A DNA stretch of 64,000 nucleotides, taken from the NCBI GenBank assembly GCA_963823335.1, contig CAWGLD010000009.1:1-64000 (forward strand), in the 5' to 3' direction. The notes beneath the pieces were generated by a model. That model saw only the letters and a list, made by a program, of their open reading frames with translations. It was not told where the DNA came from and ran no database searches. This DNA is from an uncultured delta proteobacterium (GTDB taxonomy: Bacteria; Desulfobacterota; Desulfobacteria; Desulfobacterales; B30-G6). A program made the position numbers and the translations under genes. Of the stretch, positions 61,008-64,000 are shown piece after piece; the stretch's first letter is position 1, and the number at the start of each line of letters is the position of its first letter.

Positions 61008-61913
61008 ATGAAAGACCTGATGACCACCAAGCAAGTCTCCGCCTTTCTCAACATCAACGAGAAGATGGTATATACCCTCGTGTCGGAAAAAGGTTTGCCT
61101 GCCACCAAAGTGACCGGCAAATGGCTGTTTCCCAGACACCTCGTGGAACAGTGGATTGAAACCAACACCAAAAATTATCCTGAAGCAGGAACCCGGATGC
61201 CGCCTTATCAGGGTCTTCTCATCATCGCCGGCAGCAATGATCTGCTTCTGGACAAAACCATTTCTCTGTTCAACACCCGCTACCCGGATCACCTGGCTGT
61301 TTTCGGGAACCTGGGCAGCATGGGCGGGTTAAGGGCGCTGAAAAGGGATATGTGTCACATCGCGTCCAGCCACTTGCTTCAGGACAACGAAAGTGAATAT
61401 AATTTTTCCTTTGCCTCTGAAGAACTCCAGAAAATGCCGGCCGTGGTCAATTTTTGCAAGCGCGAGCAGGGCATTCTGCTGCAGAAAGACAATCCCAGGC
61501 ACATAAAAAACGTAGCCGATCTCGGGAAAAAGGGAGTTCGGGTCGTCAATCGAAGCCTCGGGACCGGCACCCGCCTCTTGTTTGACAAAGAACTGAAAAC
61601 AGCCGGTCTTCAGGGCGATAAAATCGATGGGTACCACCATATTGTAAACCGGCACATGGATATCGGCCTCGAGATATTGTCAGGGCGTGCCGATGCCGGC
61701 CCGGGTATCCGCCCGGTTGCATCGCTTCTGGGTCTCGGCTTCCTGCCCCTGAGATGGGAACGATATGATCTGCTGATATCCCGGGAGCGCTTTTTTGAAC
61801 AGGGAGTACAGTATTTTCAGGCGCTTCTGCATGAAGACGCGTTCTTCAAGATTTCAAAGAATCTTGATGGTTACGATATCAGCGAACGGGGGAAAATGAG
61901 ATTCTCCCAATAA
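61008..61913 (+). CDS. excisionase-like HTH + PBP-like regulator (TaoR-like)
   Basis: LMTTKQV..L...LPATKVTGKWLF; GSNDL, GSMGGL, NRSLGTGTR; upstream of tupAB. Confidence 0.85.
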   Translation: MKDLMTTKQVSAFLNINEKMVYTLVSEKGLPATKVTGKWLFPRHLVEQWIETNTKNYPEAGTRMPPYQGLLIIAGSNDLLLDKTISLFNTRYPDHLAVFGNLGSMGGLRALKRDMCHIASSHLLQDNESEYNFSFASEELQKMPAVVNFCKREQGILLQKDNPRHIKNVADLGKKGVRVVNRSLGTGTRLLFDKELKTAGLQGDKIDGYHHIVNRHMDIGLEILSGRADAGPGIRPVASLLGLGFLPLRWERYDLLISRERFFEQGVQYFQALLHEDAFFKISKNLDGYDISERGKMRFSQ

Positions 61914-61960
61914 ATTTGCTCCGCAAATTTATCTGACGCGACCGTGTCGCTTTTTTTTAA

Positions 61961-62010
61961 GAATCTCCCAGCAAGCTGCCAGGAATGTTCTGCCTTACTG
62001 TTGCGATTCA
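61961..62010 (+). repeat. dispersed REP-like repeat family B (degenerate)
   Basis: CCCAGCAAGCTGCCAGGAATGTTC...CTGTTGCGATTCA. Confidence 0.55.
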
Positions 62011-62066
62011 AAATATATATCCACAATTTTTTTCGACTACATTGATTTCAAATTTGAAAGGAGAAA

Positions 62067-62897
62067 ATGATGAAAAAATTTCTGGTTTGCGGGTTCATTG
62101 CTTGTTTGATGGTGGGGATGTTCGCTGGTGTTTCACTGGGGGCAGATAAGGTACTGATGATGGCCACCACCACGAGTACGGACAATACCGGCTTGCTAGA
62201 TTATCTTGCGCCGGCCTTTACCAAGGCCACGGGCATCGATTTGCGCTGGACCGCGGTGGGAACCGGCAAGGCTTTGAAGATGGGCGAAAACTGCGATGTA
62301 GATGTCTTACTGGTTCATGCACCCGCTGCCGAAAAGAGCTTTGTCGATGCAGGCTTCGGTACCAAGCGTCGGGAACTCATGTATAACGATTTTGTCATCA
62401 TCGGGCCCGCGTCCGACCCTGCCGGAATCAAAGGTCTCTCCATCGGCAAAGCCATGACGGGTGTCCAAACCTCAAACGCGTTGTTTGTCAGCAGGGGGGA
62501 CAATTCCGGCACCAATAAAAAAGAGCTCCTTCTCTGGAAAGATGCCGGTATGACTGTACCGGATAAAGAGCCCTGGTACATTCAGACCGGTCAGGGGATG
62601 CTGGCAACCATTCAAATCGCCGAGCAGCGCAATGGCTACACCATGACGGACAGGGGCACGTATATCAAATACAGCCACAACAGCGGCGGCAATCCTGCGC
62701 TGAAAGTCATTGTGGAGGGCGATGCCATTCTTCTCAACCAGTACAGTGCCATTGCCATCAACACCGCCAATTGTCCCGATGCAAAGTTCGACCTGGCCAT
62801 GGCCTTCAGCGACTGGATGGCCGGCCCTGAAGCCCAGCAGCTGATCAAGGATTTCAAGCTGCTGGGACAGCAGTTGTTCACGCCGAATGCAAAATAG
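62067..62897 (+). CDS. tupA: tungstate ABC transporter substrate-binding protein
   Basis: ATTTS motif, GTGKAL, SRGDNSGT, DRGT. Confidence 0.93.
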   Translation: MMKKFLVCGFIACLMVGMFAGVSLGADKVLMMATTTSTDNTGLLDYLAPAFTKATGIDLRWTAVGTGKALKMGENCDVDVLLVHAPAAEKSFVDAGFGTKRRELMYNDFVIIGPASDPAGIKGLSIGKAMTGVQTSNALFVSRGDNSGTNKKELLLWKDAGMTVPDKEPWYIQTGQGMLATIQIAEQRNGYTMTDRGTYIKYSHNSGGNPALKVIVEGDAILLNQYSAIAINTANCPDAKFDLAMAFSDWMAGPEAQQLIKDFKLLGQQLFTPNAK

Positions 62898-63115
62898 AGG
62901 GTCCAGGGTTGAAGGGGGATACAAGGGTTCGAGGGTGGCTGACAGCTAAAAGCGGACAGCAGCAGCACAGCATACAAGGGTTTAAGGGAAATAGGGTTCA
63001 TTGAGTTTGTTGCGTTTCTTGAGTTCATTGGGTTGATGAAACGGAAACGCGTTGAAAGCTCTATTCCGATGGCCATCAGCAACACAATAAACCCAAAGAA
63101 CTCAATGAACCTCTT
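62898..63115. repeat. low-complexity octamer/nonamer repeat block; related blocks at 63858-64000 and inverted at ~58790-58830
   Basis: GGGGGATACAAGGGTTCGAGGGTGGCTGA.AGCTAAAA.CGGACAGCAGCA shared. Confidence 0.75.
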
Positions 63116-63170
63116 AACCTAAATATAAGCGGCGAAGCCGCGTTTTATAAAATTGTGAAACAATTTTATT

Positions 63171-63857
63171 ATGGATTACATCTTCACAGGATTTATTCAG
63201 GCGTTTCAACTTCTGTTCAGCGGAGATGAGCAGACTTATTCCGCCATTTTCGTGACGGTCAGGGTGACAGGCTATTCCATGACGGCAAGTCTGTTGATGG
63301 GCATACCCCTGGGGTTTATGCTCGGCCACTTCGAATTTAAAGGTAAACGACCCTTACGTCTTCTGGTGGATACCGCCCTGGCCCTGCCCACGGTCTTTAT
63401 CGGGCTCGTGGTCTATGCCTTCCTGTCCAACCGGGGACCTCTGGGGCATATGGGCCTCTTGTTTACACTGCCGGGTATCGCCATCGGTCAGACCATCCTG
63501 GCATTGCCTATTGTCACCGCCTTGACGGCAGCTGCCGTCGAAAGCATGGACCGCCAGCTGAGAACAACCCTCATGTCACTGGGTGCCGACCGGAGACAGC
63601 TGCTCCTCAGCAGCCTCTGGGAGGTTCGCTTCAGTATTACGGCGGCAGCATTGACCGCCTTCGGCAGGGTCATGACGGAAGTGGGCATATCCATGATGGT
63701 GGGCGGCAATATCAAATGGCACACCCGGACCATAACGACGGCCATTGCCCTGGAAACCAACAAGGGGCTCTTTGGCATGGGCATCGCCCTCGGGCTGGTC
63801 CTCTTGATGATCGCCTTTGCAGTGAACTTATCGGTGGCGGTGGTGAATAAGAGATAG
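63171..63857 (+). CDS. tupB: tungstate ABC transporter permease
   Basis: LPTVFIGL, GPLG, FGRVMTEVG, GGNIKWHTRTITTAIALET. Confidence 0.93.
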   Translation: MDYIFTGFIQAFQLLFSGDEQTYSAIFVTVRVTGYSMTASLLMGIPLGFMLGHFEFKGKRPLRLLVDTALALPTVFIGLVVYAFLSNRGPLGHMGLLFTLPGIAIGQTILALPIVTALTAAAVESMDRQLRTTLMSLGADRRQLLLSSLWEVRFSITAAALTAFGRVMTEVGISMMVGGNIKWHTRTITTAIALETNKGLFGMGIALGLVLLMIAFAVNLSVAVVNKR

Positions 63858-64000
63858 GGTTGGAGGATTGGAGGGTTCAAGGGTTGGAGGGGGATACAGG
63901 GGTTCGAGGGTGGCTGAAAGCTAAAAACGGACAGCAGCATCCCAGCTTCCAAGTATCCTGGCGTCCCAGCATGAAAGGGTTCAAGGGTTCGAGGGTGGCT

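Overview
Bacterial chromosomal window whose gene content (tungsten AOR, TupAB, ExeAB, many sigma54/TPR proteins) suggests a Desulfobacterales-like deltaproteobacterium (inference). Core-like flanks carry leuB, IHF, xth and exeAB on the left, and a sigma54 activator, AOR, racemase, PiT/DUF47, a TaoR-like regulator and tupAB on the right. The accessory middle (~10.5-49.8 kb) holds three class III cyclase-TolB-N-TPR paralogues, a sulfatase-MoxR-Bat operon, IS elements and many gene remnants. Highlights: (1) a ~170-bp co-oriented intergenic element, with 7 near-complete copies, 2 half copies and several remnants, brackets short gene modules. It contains a TGCGA-N6-TC[A/G]CA inverted core, a fixed-spacing sigma70-like promoter and a covarying hairpin, and a left-half-only copy abuts the 3' end of a truncated non-IntI tyrosine recombinase gene. 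This is a candidate undescribed integron-like cassette system. (2) Two MerB-like genes missed by the ORF track have in-frame UGA codons at catalytic Cys positions, followed by matching GGUC-loop SECIS-like hairpins; one has two UGAs. (3) The cyclases carry a K->D / D->R swap at the base-specificity positions. (4) A deleted IS110 keeps a structured non-coding region, and there is a probable group II intron 5' remnant. All calls are by eye from the sequence; no database searches were run.
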